Below, piece after piece: positions 1 through 14,400 of a stretch of 64,000 bases of DNA. The notes under the pieces are model-generated. The model had not been told where the DNA came from. It saw only the letters and a program-made list of their open reading frames with translations, and did not search any database. How positions within the stretch are numbered: position 1 is the stretch's first letter; the number at the start of each line of letters is the position of its first letter. The DNA is from Asterias rubens (Eukaryota), in contig NC_047062.1 in the NCBI RefSeq assembly GCF_902459465.1, positions 17,856,001 to 17,920,000 of the forward strand. The letters run 5' to 3'. The position numbers and the translations under genes were made by a program.

Positions 1-429
1 CGACGATGGGTCGACACAAAACCTCCATAAACAGTGTCTGGCTAGAGATTAATATTTTTGTGATTTCTTCTATTGATGTTACATCTAAACCTTGCACAGA
101 ATAATAAGTTTGTGATTTATTGCCTTCATCTTGTTGGTAATTGTCTTAATCTAACCAAACCTGACCTGTTGTTCATTATTATTCGTTCACTCCGTTACTT
201 ATTTTCCAAGTCGCAGATTTCTGTCAGAGACTTTAAATTACATCTCAATCAAGACATGCTCTTTTTTTTTCTTTAGGAGGTGATATTTACAGGTTCAGAT
301 TCAATGAAAATAAGTCTTTGTAGTCTTTTCTTTCTGTTGGAGTCTGTCTATTTATTATATTTTAGAGGTGCTCCTTTAATGCAAGTTTGTTTGTACACAT
401 GAAGGCCTCCTTTTGATCACGTGGTCTAA

Positions 430-1110
430 CAGAGTGCCCCTTCAAGTACTATGGTTTGTACACATCCCCTAGATCTTCTGTTGACCACATATGCACTTGC
501 ATATTGCTCCTTTAAGTATTGTGGTTTGTACACATCTACAGGACTCCTTTTGACCACATATGTTCTTGTAGAGTGCTTCCTCATATCTTGAGGTTTGCAC
601 ACACCTCCAGGCCTCCTTTTGACCACAGATGCTCTTGCAGAGTGCTCCTTTAAGGTGTGTTTTGTACACATCCCCAGGCCCCCTTTAACCACTTATGCTC
701 TTGCTGAGTGCCCCTTTAAGTCTTGTGGTTTGTACACATCCCCAGGCCTCCTTTAACCACTTATGCTCTTGCTGAGTGCCCCTTTAAGTCTTGTGGTTTG
801 TACACATCCCCAGGCCTCCTTTTGACGGTTTGACCACATTAGCTCATATTTAGGAGTGCTCCTTTAAGTCTTGTGGTTTGTACACATCCCCAGGCCTTCT
901 TTTGACTACTTGACTACATAAGCTCATATTTTGGAGTGCTCCTTTAAGTCTTGTGGTTTGTACACATCCCCAGGCCCCCTGGTTGACCACAGATGCTCTT
1001 AGTTGTGGAGTGCTCCTTTAAGTCTTGTGGTTTTGTTCATATCCTGGGGCTCCCTTGATTGACCATTGATGCTACATGCTTGAGTACTCCGTAATGTTTG
1101 CGGTTTTTGC
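430..1110. repeat. Minisatellite, ~60-75 bp unit, ~10 copies
   Basis: Recurrent ctcctttaagtcttgtggtttgtacacatccccaggcctcc...gaccac...tgctctt...gagtg; near-identical 68-bp units at 711 and 779. Confidence 0.9.
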
Positions 1111-1635
1111 CATATCCTAGAAAATGACAATTAAATAAATAATAATAATAATAATAAGAATTGTTGTGCTTTGAGCTCATCTTTGCTTCACTGCGTTCCA
1201 GTAAAAAAAAATCATTTGCTTATTTGTTGCTCTCTATTTTTTCCTGGTGACCAAAAACATTGACTTCCTGGGCTCAGTCCACAAATTGCATGTCTTCTAA
1301 TACAAAGTTGATTTAGTGCCCTCTAAAGTCAAATGTGTGACCATAGAGCAAGGTGTGACGTACACTTGAGGGCATACAACATGATTTGAGTAGAGTTATA
1401 ATTTGAGTAGAGTTATAATTGTATATATTGTACATTGTTATTATCTTTTTGTTAACAATGCTTTGTTCAATTTTATCTACCTTCATATATGTCTGGGTTC
1501 TCCCCCATGTACAAGCTAGAATATCAGGTTGATACTTGTGAATTACAGGCCAATATGCTATATTTTTAATAGACCTAAGATTAAACCCGTTATAAATGAA
1601 ACCATTAAAAATGCTCCAGATTGCACAGTGAGGTA

Positions 1636-1956
1636 ATAAAGACAGTGGACACTATTGGTAATTCCTCAAAATAATTATTAGCATAAAACCTTTCTTGGTA
1701 ACGAGTAATGGGGAGAGGTTGTTTGTAGATTTTGTTTGTAGAAATTTGATTTTGAGTCCTCAGATTTAGAATTTGAGGTCTCAAAATCAAGCACACAACT
1801 TTGTGCGACAAGGGTGTTTTTTCTTTCATTATTATCTCGCAACTTTGACCGATTGAGCTCAAGTTTTCACAAGTTTGTTATTTTATGCTTATGTTGAGAT
1901 ACGCCGAGTGAGAAGACTGGTCATTGACATTTACCAATAGTGTCCAGTGTATTTAA
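1636..1956 (+). mobile_element. MITE family A copy (internal deletion)
   Basis: Both TIRs present: taaagacagtggacactattggtaatt / ttaccaatagtgtccagtgtatttaa. Confidence 0.85.
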
Positions 1957-2439
1957 AACCAAACAGCAAGGGAAAACAAGTTCAGAATACCCCTAGTTTT
2001 GAAAAATCAAGTGAAGAACCTTCTGAACCCTGTGGTTAGAACAATAAACCAACCAACGAAAAGAGAAAAGAAACACTGCTGTACTTTTCCTCTAATTTAA
2101 AAACGATGTCAATTCATTCGTCAAGTAGATGTAGAAATAAAAGCGCAGCCAAATTGTTTTCAACACAGCGTGGCAACTTTGTTCTTGATGATTGCAGTCA
2201 CTACATTTCAGCGTGTCGACGACGTTGCAGTCTTTTCATGAGATTAATTCCGTCTGCCTCGTCAATGGACTGACGACACAGTGGGTGTGATACTCAGCGT
2301 CAATTGAATGAAATCTTAAATGCTCAGACTAAACATTACCAGCGAGGCCACAGTTTGCATCAAAGTGCTGTGTCTGACGGATTCAAAGTGAGCATTTTTT
2401 TGTTTAGCGAGAAATGTTGCTCAGATTCCAGAGATGATT

Positions 2440-3080
2440 TCAGAGGTGATTTCAGGGAAATACTGCTTGTTTTAAAAGATATGTGGTTTTTAAGAGACTT
2501 TTCAGTCAAAATGATTATTCAAAAATGCCACTTGATTCAATATTGCTTGGTTCAAGGAACCATTCAAGTGAAAATGCTGCCTGATTCAAGGAAAATTTTC
2601 ATTTAAATTGCTGATTCAAGGGCCATTTCAGTCAGAATTACAGTTTGATTCAAGGGACCGTTTCAGTGAAAATACAGCTTGAATCAACAAACAATTTCAT
2701 TTAAATTGCTGATTCAATGGACCATTTCAGTCAGAATTGCTGCTTGATTCAAGGGAGCATTTCAGTCAGAATTGCTGCTTGATTCAAGGGAGCATTTCAG
2801 TCAGAATTGCTGCTTGATTCAAGGGAGCATTTCAGTCAGAATTGCTGCTTGATTCAAGGGAGCATTTCAGTCAGAATTGCTGCTTGATTCAAGGGAGCAT
2901 TTCAGTCAGAAATGCTGCTTGATTCAAGGGACCATTTCAGTCAGAAATGCTGCTTGATTCAAGGGTCTATTTCAGTCAGAATTGTTAATTAATTCAATGA
3001 ACCATTTTAGCTACAATTGCTGCTTGATTCAAAGATTTTTTTTTCAATCAGAAACTTTGCTTGATTCCAAAGACCATTTT
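2440..3080. repeat. 35-bp minisatellite (catttcagtcagaattgctgcttgattcaagggag)
   Basis: catttcag recurs at 2723, 2758, 2793, 2828, 2863, 2898 and 2933, with degenerate copies on both sides. Confidence 0.93.
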
Positions 3081-5448
3081 AGAATTTGGTTAATATTACT
3101 GAGACCGATCACAGCAAAAAATTTTTTTTAAACAAAACCTTCATATTATTTGCATCCTCAACACACCACTCCTGAGCACTGAGTGTGTGCAGTACACACA
3201 ATTTAAAAAAATTGAGAAAGCGGCTTTTACTTTTTGACAATGATTGTCTATCCTGCGTGTTTATCTGTCCATTCAATTTGTACATAGTGCTAATCAGGTG
3301 CTGGGAATACAGCAGGAGGCATGGGGACCTATCCTCCAACACCTCTATGAAGCTTGGTAAACCATTGACGGTCCCTGGATCCCCAGGCACCTCCCACTTT
3401 ATGTTCATTACATTAATGTGTATTCATATTGGCCGTGCATATACTAGGACTGTTCATATAAGGTCCCACTGGACTGGAATAATTTGATAATTTTTATAGG
3501 CGTTGCGTTGCACCCATTGCCAATCTCCTTATAGCTGTGGTTGCTTCCTTTATTGATCTACTCCAATGCTAAGGCGTGAGATTGTGATTGTGAATTTACT
3601 CGGTTTGCTTACAACATTTTGAACATTTTATGATCGTGCGATGCATTGTTTTACCCCGTAACGGTGAATCTCAGACCTAATAAGGTAACAAAATAGTATG
3701 GTGCTGATGATCGAACATTCAGGAATCTAGGCACTCAGATTTGGCAGAAGTCCAGCTCTACATTACCTGGGCACACCCCCCCTCCTCTTTCCTTTTTTTT
3801 TCGCTTGGAGCATTCAGATTAAAACATTCTGTTTACACCTAACCCAGCTGTCACTGTCCCACCAACATAGTTGTGCCCCGCCCAACTCTACTGTCAGAAT
3901 ATCAGAATGTCTAAAAAGCATTGACAATTTTTGTCACAAATTGTGTACTTTGGCTGGTTGCCTGACGCATCAATCTGTTTCTATCCAAATTTGGTGCATA
4001 AAATATTTCCATTTGTTACTATTTAGGTGACTGCTGACTCGGATTGGAATAATAACGATGATAGATACTTCTACTAGATAGTTTTTTCCTCGTTTCCTTC
4101 TGAAGTGCATCTTTGTTATAGGCGTAGTTTTAAGTGACCCTTGGGGAGAAGAGACTGAGTGAGATGTGTTTCTTGAAATTCCCGTAACATTAGCATGCAT
4201 TCCGTTCACTATAGCACGGCAGCATGATACAGTGAGCACAGCGTGCTGCCTATTTTCCAAGAATTTCCCTCGCTGCGTTCCGACTCATCTTTTTTCTTGC
4301 TCCAAAACTCCCCGAATAAATGGGTTCTGATTCGGTGCGGATCAAGTGTTGACGACTGGGGATGCATTCCGGAAGAAAAGGACGGGCACATGTTGGCTAC
4401 TTGCCAAGACCTTTTCTGTCAAGTCTGCAAGACTCTCTCGAGATGAAGTTGCCGCGGTTTTCCTCGGCCCCCATGGGCACAGTGTGGACTAGTTATGTCT
4501 TGTACCTCGACACCATGACATTGGCACACTATATTGCTCAGTCCGTAGCAAAACACAGACAAAAATAGTCATACAAAAATGGAGGGGGAGAGTTACGCAA
4601 AGCTGTGTGTGGCTTGCAGGTGCATTTCTAGATCTGGAAAAGTCAAGCAAATAACCAAACCTCATTCTTTATACAGAATGTGCTTGAGGGAATACTAAAC
4701 TTCTCTCTCTACCCCCCGCCCCCCCCCCCCCCAACATAAACTATCAGGAAATACCTGAGGTGAACTGGCAGCTAAATTAGCGGTAGTCTTTTATCGGCTT
4801 TATTGATAATCATCATGATTGCACTATGCTCCTCTCTCTCTCTCCCCTCTTCCATGAAAACATTCTTACATTTCTTGAACTCCGTCGTAGTCTACTCTGG
4901 CTGCGACCACATTCACGTCAATAAACATGGCCCCTTTTCTTTTTGGCCCAATCCAAGCATCAGGGTTTGTTTCTGGGTGTATTTCACCGGTCACTGAACC
5001 AAGTGGTGCAGTAGAAGGAAATTCTGGCCGAATTCTTGGGTCTTATCCTGTCGGCCATGCAAAGTCGGATCAGCAGTGATTGAAAATAAAAGAGGGGTCG
5101 GGAAGATGTGGGGAATCGAACAGAAGAGAACACCAAGCCCTCCCTCATAGAAAACAAAAAACAGTTAATAAAATCAGAGAGGTGAGTAAAATCAGAGAAC
5201 AAACAACATGACTGATAATGTGATTACAAATTTTTTATTACAAATCGAGATGTCCAATCTATACGCATTCCCCCTCAATGCAACCAAAATGTTCTAGTGA
5301 TCTGAACAGACAACATTCAAGTCCCTCGTTCTTTAAGATGGCAGTCAAGGTGTCACTCTGAGAGAATGGGGTGGCAGTCAAAAGCTGAGAAGACTGACTG
5401 CCGAAGAGAGAGTGGTATTTCAGAGAGATTGTTACTTTGTTAACGGCA

Positions 5449-5715
5449 TGTCTTTGCCAAGCAGTTAAGAGCCACCGACCTCAAGCTCTAGTGTTTCTGG
5501 CCTGCAGAGCGTGGGTTCGAGTACTGCTGGTCATGGCTCTAAAGCAAGATACTTTACCATCCATGCTTAGTCCTTTGGATGGGACGTAATGCTGTTGGTC
5601 CTGTGTATTATGTAGTGCACGTAAAAGAACTCAGTGCGCTTATCAAGAACAGAAAGGGGTAAGGCCCTGTGTTTGCATTCCCCACAGCACCTTTCAACCA
5701 TTATTTTGTTGACAT
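5449..5715 (+). mobile_element. tRNA(Leu)-derived SINE
   Basis: gcagttaagagccaccgacctcaagctctag...gtgggttcgagt...aagcaagatactttacc...gtagtgcacgtaaaagaactcagtgcgcttatc. Confidence 0.8.
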
Positions 5716-6587
5716 AAAACATAAAATGTCCTATATAAGAACCCAGTATTGTTAGTTTATTACGCTGGTGTGTTTTGTTGTGGACTTGCAATTTGTTTGA
5801 CTATTATTTGTTCCATACGATAGGTTATAAAGATAATTCTTTTCATCTCAATGTTTGTCAAAAAGCTTCATTACGGGGAGGGAGTTATCCTACATTTCAA
5901 ATTTCCACCTCACATTGCCGCAAAGACGACGGATGCGATGTTGATCCTCCGCAGTTTTTTTACCCAGACTTGTCTCCGTGAAAAGAAGTTGATTTATGCC
6001 CTGTTTGCACAGGTTTTGGTTCCCGATGAGTTGGTGTGTAGACATCACTGAGTGCCAAAGCTTCATACCTTCTCGCAAACCAATCTAATTTATTAGTGTT
6101 AGGCCGGAAAAATATTTGCGAAACTCGAGTGCTGAGCCATCTGTTTGCCTTTGAATTTCGTCCCCGGCTTCCCACAATTTAGGGGGAGAATATTGTTCAT
6201 TCAGCAACAACAAAAAACCTCTAGCGTCCAGGCAACCGTAATTTTTCTCTGAGTAGGATGAAGAAAGACGGTTGGGTTTTTTTACTCATGAATTTGTGCT
6301 GTGGATGATGTGGATTGGATGTAGACGACGTTTTTGCCTGTTTTTGATTGTGAAAAAGTTTCAACATCATCAATGTTATAGTTTATATCTTGTCAGTTAG
6401 ACAATAAATTTGGGAACTGCCGTTTTAATGATGAACCAAATCATAAACATTACTTGATTGAGATGACCTGTCAAAAATAATAAGAGTTGGTTTAAGCCTG
6501 TACGCAAAATTTTCTTTCTTTAACAACTGTTTAGGAAGTGGGTTTTTTTTTTTAGTTTCAGTTGTAAATTTCCAACGAAATGCTCAC

Positions 6588-6868
6588 TTAAAGGCAGTGG
6601 ACACTATTGGTAATTACTCAAATTAATTATTAGCATAAAACCTTACTTGGTAACGAGTAATGGGGAGAGGTTGGTAGCATGGTGAGAAACAGCTCCTTCT
6701 GAAGTGGACTAGTTTTCGAGAAAATAAGTAATTTTCCACGAATTTGATTTCGAGACCTCAGATTTAGAATTTGAGGTCTCGAAATCAAGCATCTGAAAGT
6801 ACACACGTTCTGGGGACAAGTGAAAAGACTTGTCTTTAACAATTACCAATAGTGTCCAGTGTCTCTAA
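6588..6868 (+). mobile_element. MITE family A copy (internal deletion)
   Basis: ttaaaggcagtggacactattggtaatt ... aattaccaatagtgtccagtgtc. Confidence 0.85.
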
Positions 6869-9800
6869 TGGTATTATACAGGATTGGTAAAGCTGACAAA
6901 AGAGCCGCACACAGTGTTCATGTTTTGTGTGATCAACCACATATATATGAACAAACAAACCTAGATGTGAAATTCGTGAAAAGTGTTAGTCTTTTTGCAT
7001 GATGTGCCATTACCTTTATGGATCATTTATGATCATCTTTTCTAGTTTTGTTCTGCTTTTTAAAGTATACGGTGTGACAGCGCGTTGGTGAAAGTGCAAT
7101 GTAGTAATGTGCCACTTATTAGAAATTGGAGGGGGCAAAAAAAAAAAAAGCTATTAGATTAATGACAGTCTACCCGAATGTTTCCAATGTGCTGACATAC
7201 ATGAGTGCTGCATTGAAATAGTGCATGAACCGTCTGGCAGCAGAGAGCACACGCAACTTCAGACCCTGGCTGCACATTACTACATGCAAGAACGCTGGAT
7301 TAAATCATTATGCAAGTTTCTCACATTGCGTGCAAGGCGGCTCCCTTTGTAGTTTTCCCTCTGCCCCCAAATTGCTGACTATTCATCAATGATAGGCGAT
7401 TCATTTGCATGAGAAGAAGAAGAAAAAAAAAAAAAAACTCACAGACTTTTGTTATCAAATTACTTTTACATTGTCATGATCAGCATAAGATACGCGGTCA
7501 TCCGCACTAATGCACTTTTTTTTCTTTTTTTCTTTTCTGAACCGTCTGGTACTTTGTCGTTTGGCAAGCTTAATATAGTATTGTGGAACGCAGATTCCTG
7601 TTCATCTTGAATGTGATTGGTCATTCATTCGGTTTTTAAATTGCTAGGTTGTACCCAGTAAAGTGATATCGTCTTGACTCTCGGCTTTTATTTTGTTTGA
7701 ACCATCTTGGGATCCCTCTGTAGTAATCTTTAGAATGAGTGTTTTTTTTAGTAGTTCCTGTTGACATCATTTACCTTGACTCTGAGGGAACTTACAATCC
7801 AGGACGAGTAGACAGTTCCCTACCATTCCGAGTTGGTTGCATTGTTAGTCTCCCATGGTCTCCCTGCCCCTCCCTCTCTCCCTCCCTCTCCCAGGGCTCC
7901 ATTTTTACACTGGACCACAGGCCCGAAGCCAGTAGTTTTGGTGATGGGCCAGCAAACTTGTGATTTTCAATTTTCAAAGTATGTATAAAGACAAATGAGA
8001 AAGATCTTCTCAGCAAAAAATTCTAGGCTCTTTTGGATATGAGAATAGAGATTAAGTCACTTTGAAATGAATGAGACATTGAGAAATTAGGTATAAGTAA
8101 TATTGAAGAATAGGAAAATATACAAGAATATTTTTTTTGTAAGCAACATCGAAGGTTTCAAGGCATTGGAGTCAAGTCATTATCCTCGAGTTTTGAGAGC
8201 CAGGAAAGCAACTAACGGAAGTTGGTAACCTTACATCATTGTCACTCTATGTAGTGCACAGTTGTGGTGGCTTACTGATTGACATACACTAATGAATCCG
8301 TTCCAGTGTGGCCAACATAGTTTGCCACACTGCCCTCTATGTCATCATCTGACAGTCATATCGGAATCCCAACTTGGTCACGTGAACCCCCAGTCAAATT
8401 ACCACAAGCGTCGAAGATGACAGAGTCTAATACCATCGAGCCAAAAGTCATATGCATCACTCATGATACGGCATCAGCTATAAAGGCGTATGGGGTTGGA
8501 GGGTGTCCCCGAGCAATTTTGTTTCTGTAGTAACGAATTGCAATCCTCAAAAAGTTTTAAGGATTCCCTTTTTTGATTCGATTTAGAAGAAGAAAAAATC
8601 CTCTTTAAAAAGCACTACAACAATGGTAGTTTTGATGTACAGTAAAAAGCAAAGTTGCGTCTTGCTGCTTCCAGTCCATACTGCCCTCTTTTGTGCGAAG
8701 AGTGTGAGGGTTATTTTGGTTGGCAAAGCCTGGAAACAAGGTCCCCTCATATTGCAATCAAAGCAGGAAAGCAGTGCGGAGGCATGACATGCCGACTGTG
8801 GTAGACGCAGTAGTGGAGGGTCAAAAGGTGACTGGTCCCCCTTTACTGAGTTACATTCCGTACATTGGCCGCATACCGCCACGCTAGTCAGGCCTCTATG
8901 CCTAGAGTAGTTCCCGCTTGTCATTGGGAAACATGTCAGGGACTATCCAAGCAGTTTTTCCACTCAGAAAAAATAACGGGACAAGGAATATTACTCTTTG
9001 TTATGCCACTTAAGTTTTTAGGAAAGTTAAAAGCTCGGTACTACGCGGCTATGTGTAGAAATATGTACCGTGCTTGTGTCAATAACGTCCGTATTGTTAG
9101 AAAAATAAGCAGTGACTTATTGATTGGGGTTTGGGTGTGATGGCTTTTATATTTGCTGTTTATTGTATCAGTTCTGATGCTGTAACCGGCTGTGGAACAG
9201 ATAGCGAGACGGTAAACAGAAAATAAATAAGTTCAGGGGTTGTCTTCCTCGACAAGAAAATATGGCAGTAACCATTGACGTCTCTTTGTTTATCAAGGCC
9301 TCAATGTGCTTGAGATAAATTCAGAGTTGTTGTCTCTGTTTTGAATTTGTAGTTTTAATTATTTCTAATTTTTATAAGAAGTTCCATCCGGCAAGTAGAA
9401 AAAGAAAATGATGTGTTATCGAAACTTATCTGCTGTATTAAATTACCTTATTTTCGGAAAGCTTCCTATATAAGCAATATATATTAGTCTAAGGTGGAAG
9501 TGGATTTTTGCAAGACGCTGTCATGTTTTCTTAAACTTGAAGTATGTTCAGAAGGTCTAATCAGATCATTTCCTAGAACGGTTTCCAGGAAACTTAACAT
9601 ACCCTATGTATGTGTGATTGACTAATGAAATGGAACACATGTCCATCGTTGCTGTCAAATGCCATCTTCTGTCGATACATTTATGTAGTACAGAATACTT
9701 ACTCTAGGCGTCTGGCGCTACTTCATTATTTTTGTTTCAAGGCTTGAAGAATTTTTAATTAATTAGAAAAATCAACCTTACCCAAAGCTGCTAAACGTAT

Positions 9801-10274
9801 ATTAAAAATTAGAGGCACTGAAATTTCTGCATCTGAAATGCCGTCCATTTCAAGTACACTGTTTTAGAATCTGGAGCTGGACGACGTCAATTTAATTTGA
9901 TTTTATTCCGTTCAGTTCAATTCAATGTCATGCAGCACTCCTGTCTGGCCAAACCATTTAATTAAACATTCTGACATACGTACTTAAAACATACCAGAAC
10001 ATACGTCAGTATCTTTTTCAATGACGTTTGAGTCTTGTGTACATTATGTTTTGTTAGAATAAACAATTTAAAAAAAAGGATTGGAATGTAATTACTCTTT
10101 CCGAAGCAACCTCTTTTGTTCCCTGTTCTCTTGGTTTTACTGATGGGAATTCAACTCTTTTTATTACCATCCAAAGAAAAAATAGCCAAGCAGTTTACTA
10201 CGAAGGAAGAAAATGGGTTAATATCGTGCAATTGCAATTCATATTTTTACATCAACTTGCTGGGCACAGCTAGG

Positions 10275-10399
10275 CTGGATTTCACAAAGAGTTAGACGAG
10301 TTACTCGTCTTATTTTAGGACTAGCATTAAGTTTTGAATAACTACTAAAGAGTCCTAGGACTAGTCCTAGGTTAGGACTATCTTTGTTATATCGACCCC
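10275..10399. mobile_element. MITE family D, degenerate
   Basis: ctggatttcacaaagagttagacgagttactcgtc...ggactagtcctagg...atcgacccc. Confidence 0.7.
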
Positions 10400-11941
10400 T
10401 AGTTGCAGCATTTAGTTGTTTCAAGTTACCAGCCAAAAAGCCAATGTTTGTTTATTGTTACATTTGTCCGCCACTAATATAAATGGAAAAATTGTTTGGT
10501 GATTTGAAACAGGCAACCAATTAGGCTTGAACTCACTTTCGACAGTCGTCCCGCTTGTCTTTGTTCAGCAAATAAATTTGCTAAGCCAGATACACTCCAA
10601 TATGCATGAGTTCATCAACAGAAGTGGATATTTACAAAGGAAACATTACCTCAGAAACTTTGACTCCTCTCAACAAAGTTGGGTTGTATTTCATTTGATC
10701 ATCCTTGGGTTTTTAATCAATACATAATCACCAAAAATACTGTCTGTGACAGTCTTGCCATATACCCAAGTGAAAGCAGGCTCCCCCCCCCGCCCCATAT
10801 TAAATGTTATGACCTACATAGAAGACAGGTGTAACTATTGATTAGATAGAATCCGGCAGCACATTGAACTGATACTGTAATAAGAAGCTAAAATAGTTTT
10901 TTTTTTCCCGCCCTTTTCCACGACGATATACACATCTTCCTCGGCTTTTCATCAACACATAATCAGCAACAGTTTGAATGTCTTGCGACAGTTCTGTGTT
11001 ACGAGTCTGAATCACAACAGCCTGTCTGCCTGTCCATACACACACATACATGCACCTGTATCGTCTGGCATCTAGACCCCTCTGGCTACTGAAGTCACTC
11101 ATATTGGAATCTCTGTCTCGTTACCTGACTCGCGTATATAAACAGTTACCTTATTGCGCGAGGCGTTAATCAGTCTATATAATATCGCGTACATTGTGGC
11201 GCTCCTTTCCCTTTGAAAAATAATAATAACCCTCAAGACTCGAAGCAACTTTCTTTACTTGTTATTTTTCACTTAAGGTACCGCATACTGCATTGATTAT
11301 TTGTGACCAGAAATATATCTATAGTAAAACGGTTTTAAGTGGTCCCTTGCATAATGTCGAACATACTTTTTTTTTTATGTGTGAGATCTTGGAATACTAC
11401 TTGTACCTTTGATTACTGTTGAAGTAATGGAATTTTGAATCTTGTTACTTAAAATAGTACCAACAAAATTCTCCCTGATTCTACAGATAGATCCCTGAAA
11501 ATAAACCAATTTTATCCATGTTCTGAGGAGCAACTTTGAAAATCTCCCTTAAAAGAGACTTGTTTGTTATTATGTTGAATGTAATTCTAAATATCTCTCC
11601 GATTGCAAGATGTATGTCTGCAGTCCTAGCTTTACCAGTGCCATACCTTATCTTGATTCATAGAGGGTAAGCTTACTTACAAACAGCAGAGTTCTGCAAC
11701 TTTTACTGACGCCATATTTAGCAAAATCAGAGCTTACCAGCAGCAACAAGTTAGTGCCAAACTTTTTTTTTTTTTTACAGATGGCTGTCCGTTTTCTGCA
11801 AAGGGTGTGTACATTAAGTCTTCTTATTCTGATGGAAAGATAATGGTCGCAAGACATCATGGGAAGTCATCTAGTGTGATGAAGCTGTCTCGATGGAGAA
11901 AACCTGAAACGTGTCTTGAGTCTGAAGTGGATCACTTGCGG

Positions 11942-12190
11942 ATGATTCATTTCCACATTAGACGTAGTACAAAAGAAAAAGAAGACATTGAAGACAATTT
12001 CTTGTTCGTGTCTTCTATAGATGAGGTTTCATGGAGGTGAAACTTAAAGGAGGTCCTTGAGTATGGTTATCGGACAAAACATACTTTGATTCATTTCCAC
12101 ATTAGACATAATACAAACAAAAAAGCTGTTGAAGACCTTCTTTTTTGTTTCTTCTATAGATACGGTTTCATGGAGGTGAAACTTAAAAGG
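11942..12190. repeat. Diverged ~145-bp tandem duplication
   Basis: tgattcatttccacattagac...tcttctatagat..ggtttcatggaggtgaaacttaaa occurs twice. Confidence 0.8.
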
Positions 12191-13091
12191 AATGCTGTGA
12201 AACTTAAAGGGAGTGCTGGGGTGTTATTATATTTCAACCTAGTCGTCAAACCCACCTCGTATTATTGTTCCTTGTAATACGGTTTGCACCACCCTTTGAA
12301 GGGGTGTGTTTATCCGATAAAAAAAATGTAAAAGTTTTAATGTTGAGGCATTACTAAATGTTCCAATCAAAACTTACAATTTGCTCATGGAGGTACCCTT
12401 TTTTTATCAAGGAGAAAATTTTTTAAACTTTTAAATGAGAAAACAGAATGCCTTTGGAACAGACCTCATAACATTGGCTCTTTTTCAACCCACAACTCCT
12501 TAAAAACTTCTCTCAAAACCCACCTCGTGTCAATTGCCTACAACGCCACAGTTAAACTAATAATTATGTCTTGTTGTTCTGTAATAATTGTTCCTTTTTT
12601 TGTCGCGCCTTGAGCGTCTACTTGTTAGCGCCTACTTGCTAGGTGGATATGTTGCGCTTTACAAATATTATATTATTATTTGTTATCTTTTTCTTCTTCA
12701 TGGACACTGCCTGACGTTAGTCTCATTGTAAATTGGCTCATGTGACACTGCTCTATCAACAGTAGTGAGTAGTTGTTAAGAGTGTATCCAAGTTCCTTGT
12801 TCTAACCTTTCAATATGGGCGTCATTGTGAAAGATCAGGTCGATCAAGGTCAGTCGGTCAGTGCTGTTGTCTCAGCAACAGAATTAAGAACACTGGGGTT
12901 GACATTGTGAAAAAAAATTGTCAGTGGAATTTGGTTCTTAAGACTGCATCCACGGCGGGAGATGGTGTGATGACCTGGTAGCTCGGTCGTATCATGAGTG
13001 CTGTGGGAACGTCAAGACATTTCCAGCGTCAACACTGACCGAGAGATAACCGAATTCTGAACCCGCACGGCGCGATAATCTCATTTGTACC

Positions 13092-13462
13092 TTAAAGGCT
13101 TTGGACACCTTTGGTAATTGTCAACGACCAGTATTCTCACTTTGTGTATCTCAACATATGCATAAAATAACAAATCTGTGAACATTTGGACTCAATTGGT
13201 CATCAAAGTTGCAAGATAATAATGAAAGAAAAAAAAACCTTGTTGCAAAAAATGTTGTGCATTCAGATGCCTAGTAAGAGGCTTCAGGCCTGAAGTCGTT
13301 TATTATTTATTTGAGTGAGAAATTACCTCTTTCTCAGAATTAACGTTACTTCAGAGGAAGCCGTTTCTTACATACAATCAACAGCTCTCCATTGCTCGTT
13401 ACGGAGTAAGTTTTGATGCTAAAAAATACTTTGAATAATTACCCGTGTCCAGTGTCTTTTAA
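13092..13462 (-). mobile_element. MITE family A, variant subfamily (internal ggcttcaggcctgaag hairpin)
   Basis: ttaaaggctttggacacctttggtaatt ... gtgtccagtgtcttttaa. Confidence 0.8.
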
Positions 13463-14070
13463 ACCAATTAACCATTGTTGATAAGGTAGAACACTCTATT
13501 GCAACAACAACAATTTCTTGGGACTTGAAAATGGAATCATATCTAGCCCCCCCCCCCCCTTAGTACTTTTTGTATACAATTGAGTGAGGGAAGTGATAAA
13601 TTGTAGTCCAGAACATCTTGTTGTTTTCAAAAATGTATTTGATCATCTAATGGCAGTCAGAAAGCAGCTAGACTCAGTCAAAGCGGCTTGTCATGTTTGC
13701 TTTTGAAGTGTTTAAAAATTGATAATAATTTTCCTGGAAAATGAATTTTGACCTGTCATACTGGAACATTCCCTTTTATGTATTTGGATAATAAGTTGCT
13801 GGTGGTGTTAATCAAACCGTTGATCCTAGAACGATGTCAAAACAGTTTATGTTTTTACAACTTTTTAATAAGCGTACATTTTTGTAGGAGGCTGACAGAT
13901 GTATAAGTCATGCACAATAAATGACCTTGACTCAATTTCGCTAAGCACTAAGATCCATCGTAAGATAAGTTGTCAGTGTTGCCATGGTAAATTGTATTGT
14001 GACTTCACACTTTACTTAGCAGTTCAGATTGATTCGCAGCTAAGATTAATCTTAGAAAAATCGTCCCCAT

Positions 14071-14400
14071 GGCCCAATTTCATATAGCCAGATGCCTGAT
14101 ACTGTGAGGCGAAAATGCCTTGGTGCCCCTGCTTTCTTACCAAAGCATACAGGCCTGTATAGCTGTTAAGCAGAAATAACTGCTGAGCAAACATCTTCGC
14201 TAATAACCAAAACATGAGTGGGGTACCGTTTGCAAGAAATGTAAACTACATTATATGGGAGTTTGGCTGGTACCCTGTTTCTGCTAAGCAAAGATGTGTC
14301 TGTGCTTAGCAAGTTGTTGTGCTTTTCAGGCTTTTTGATAAGGATTTTTTTGTGACAAGCATTTTTTTTCTGTGCTCAGCAACTTTATGAAATTGTGCTC
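14071..14400. mobile_element. MITE family B (TIR consensus GGGCCCAATTTCATAGAGCTGCTTAAGC), degenerate
   Basis: ggcccaatttcatatagc ... aactttatgaaattgtgctc, with an internal ctggtaccctg/ctgctaagca core. Confidence 0.7.

Noticed and set aside
426-692. 88-aa and 66-aa ORFs
   Set aside because: They lie within the minisatellite.
2723-2970. 35-bp exact repeats as a CRISPR array
   Set aside because: The repeats are contiguous with no spacers, there are no cas genes, and the context is eukaryotic.
9782-9790. 9-nt minus-strand micro-exon candidate (tttag|cagctttgg|gtaagg)
   Set aside because: No flanking exons identifiable, and such matches are expected by chance in 64 kb.
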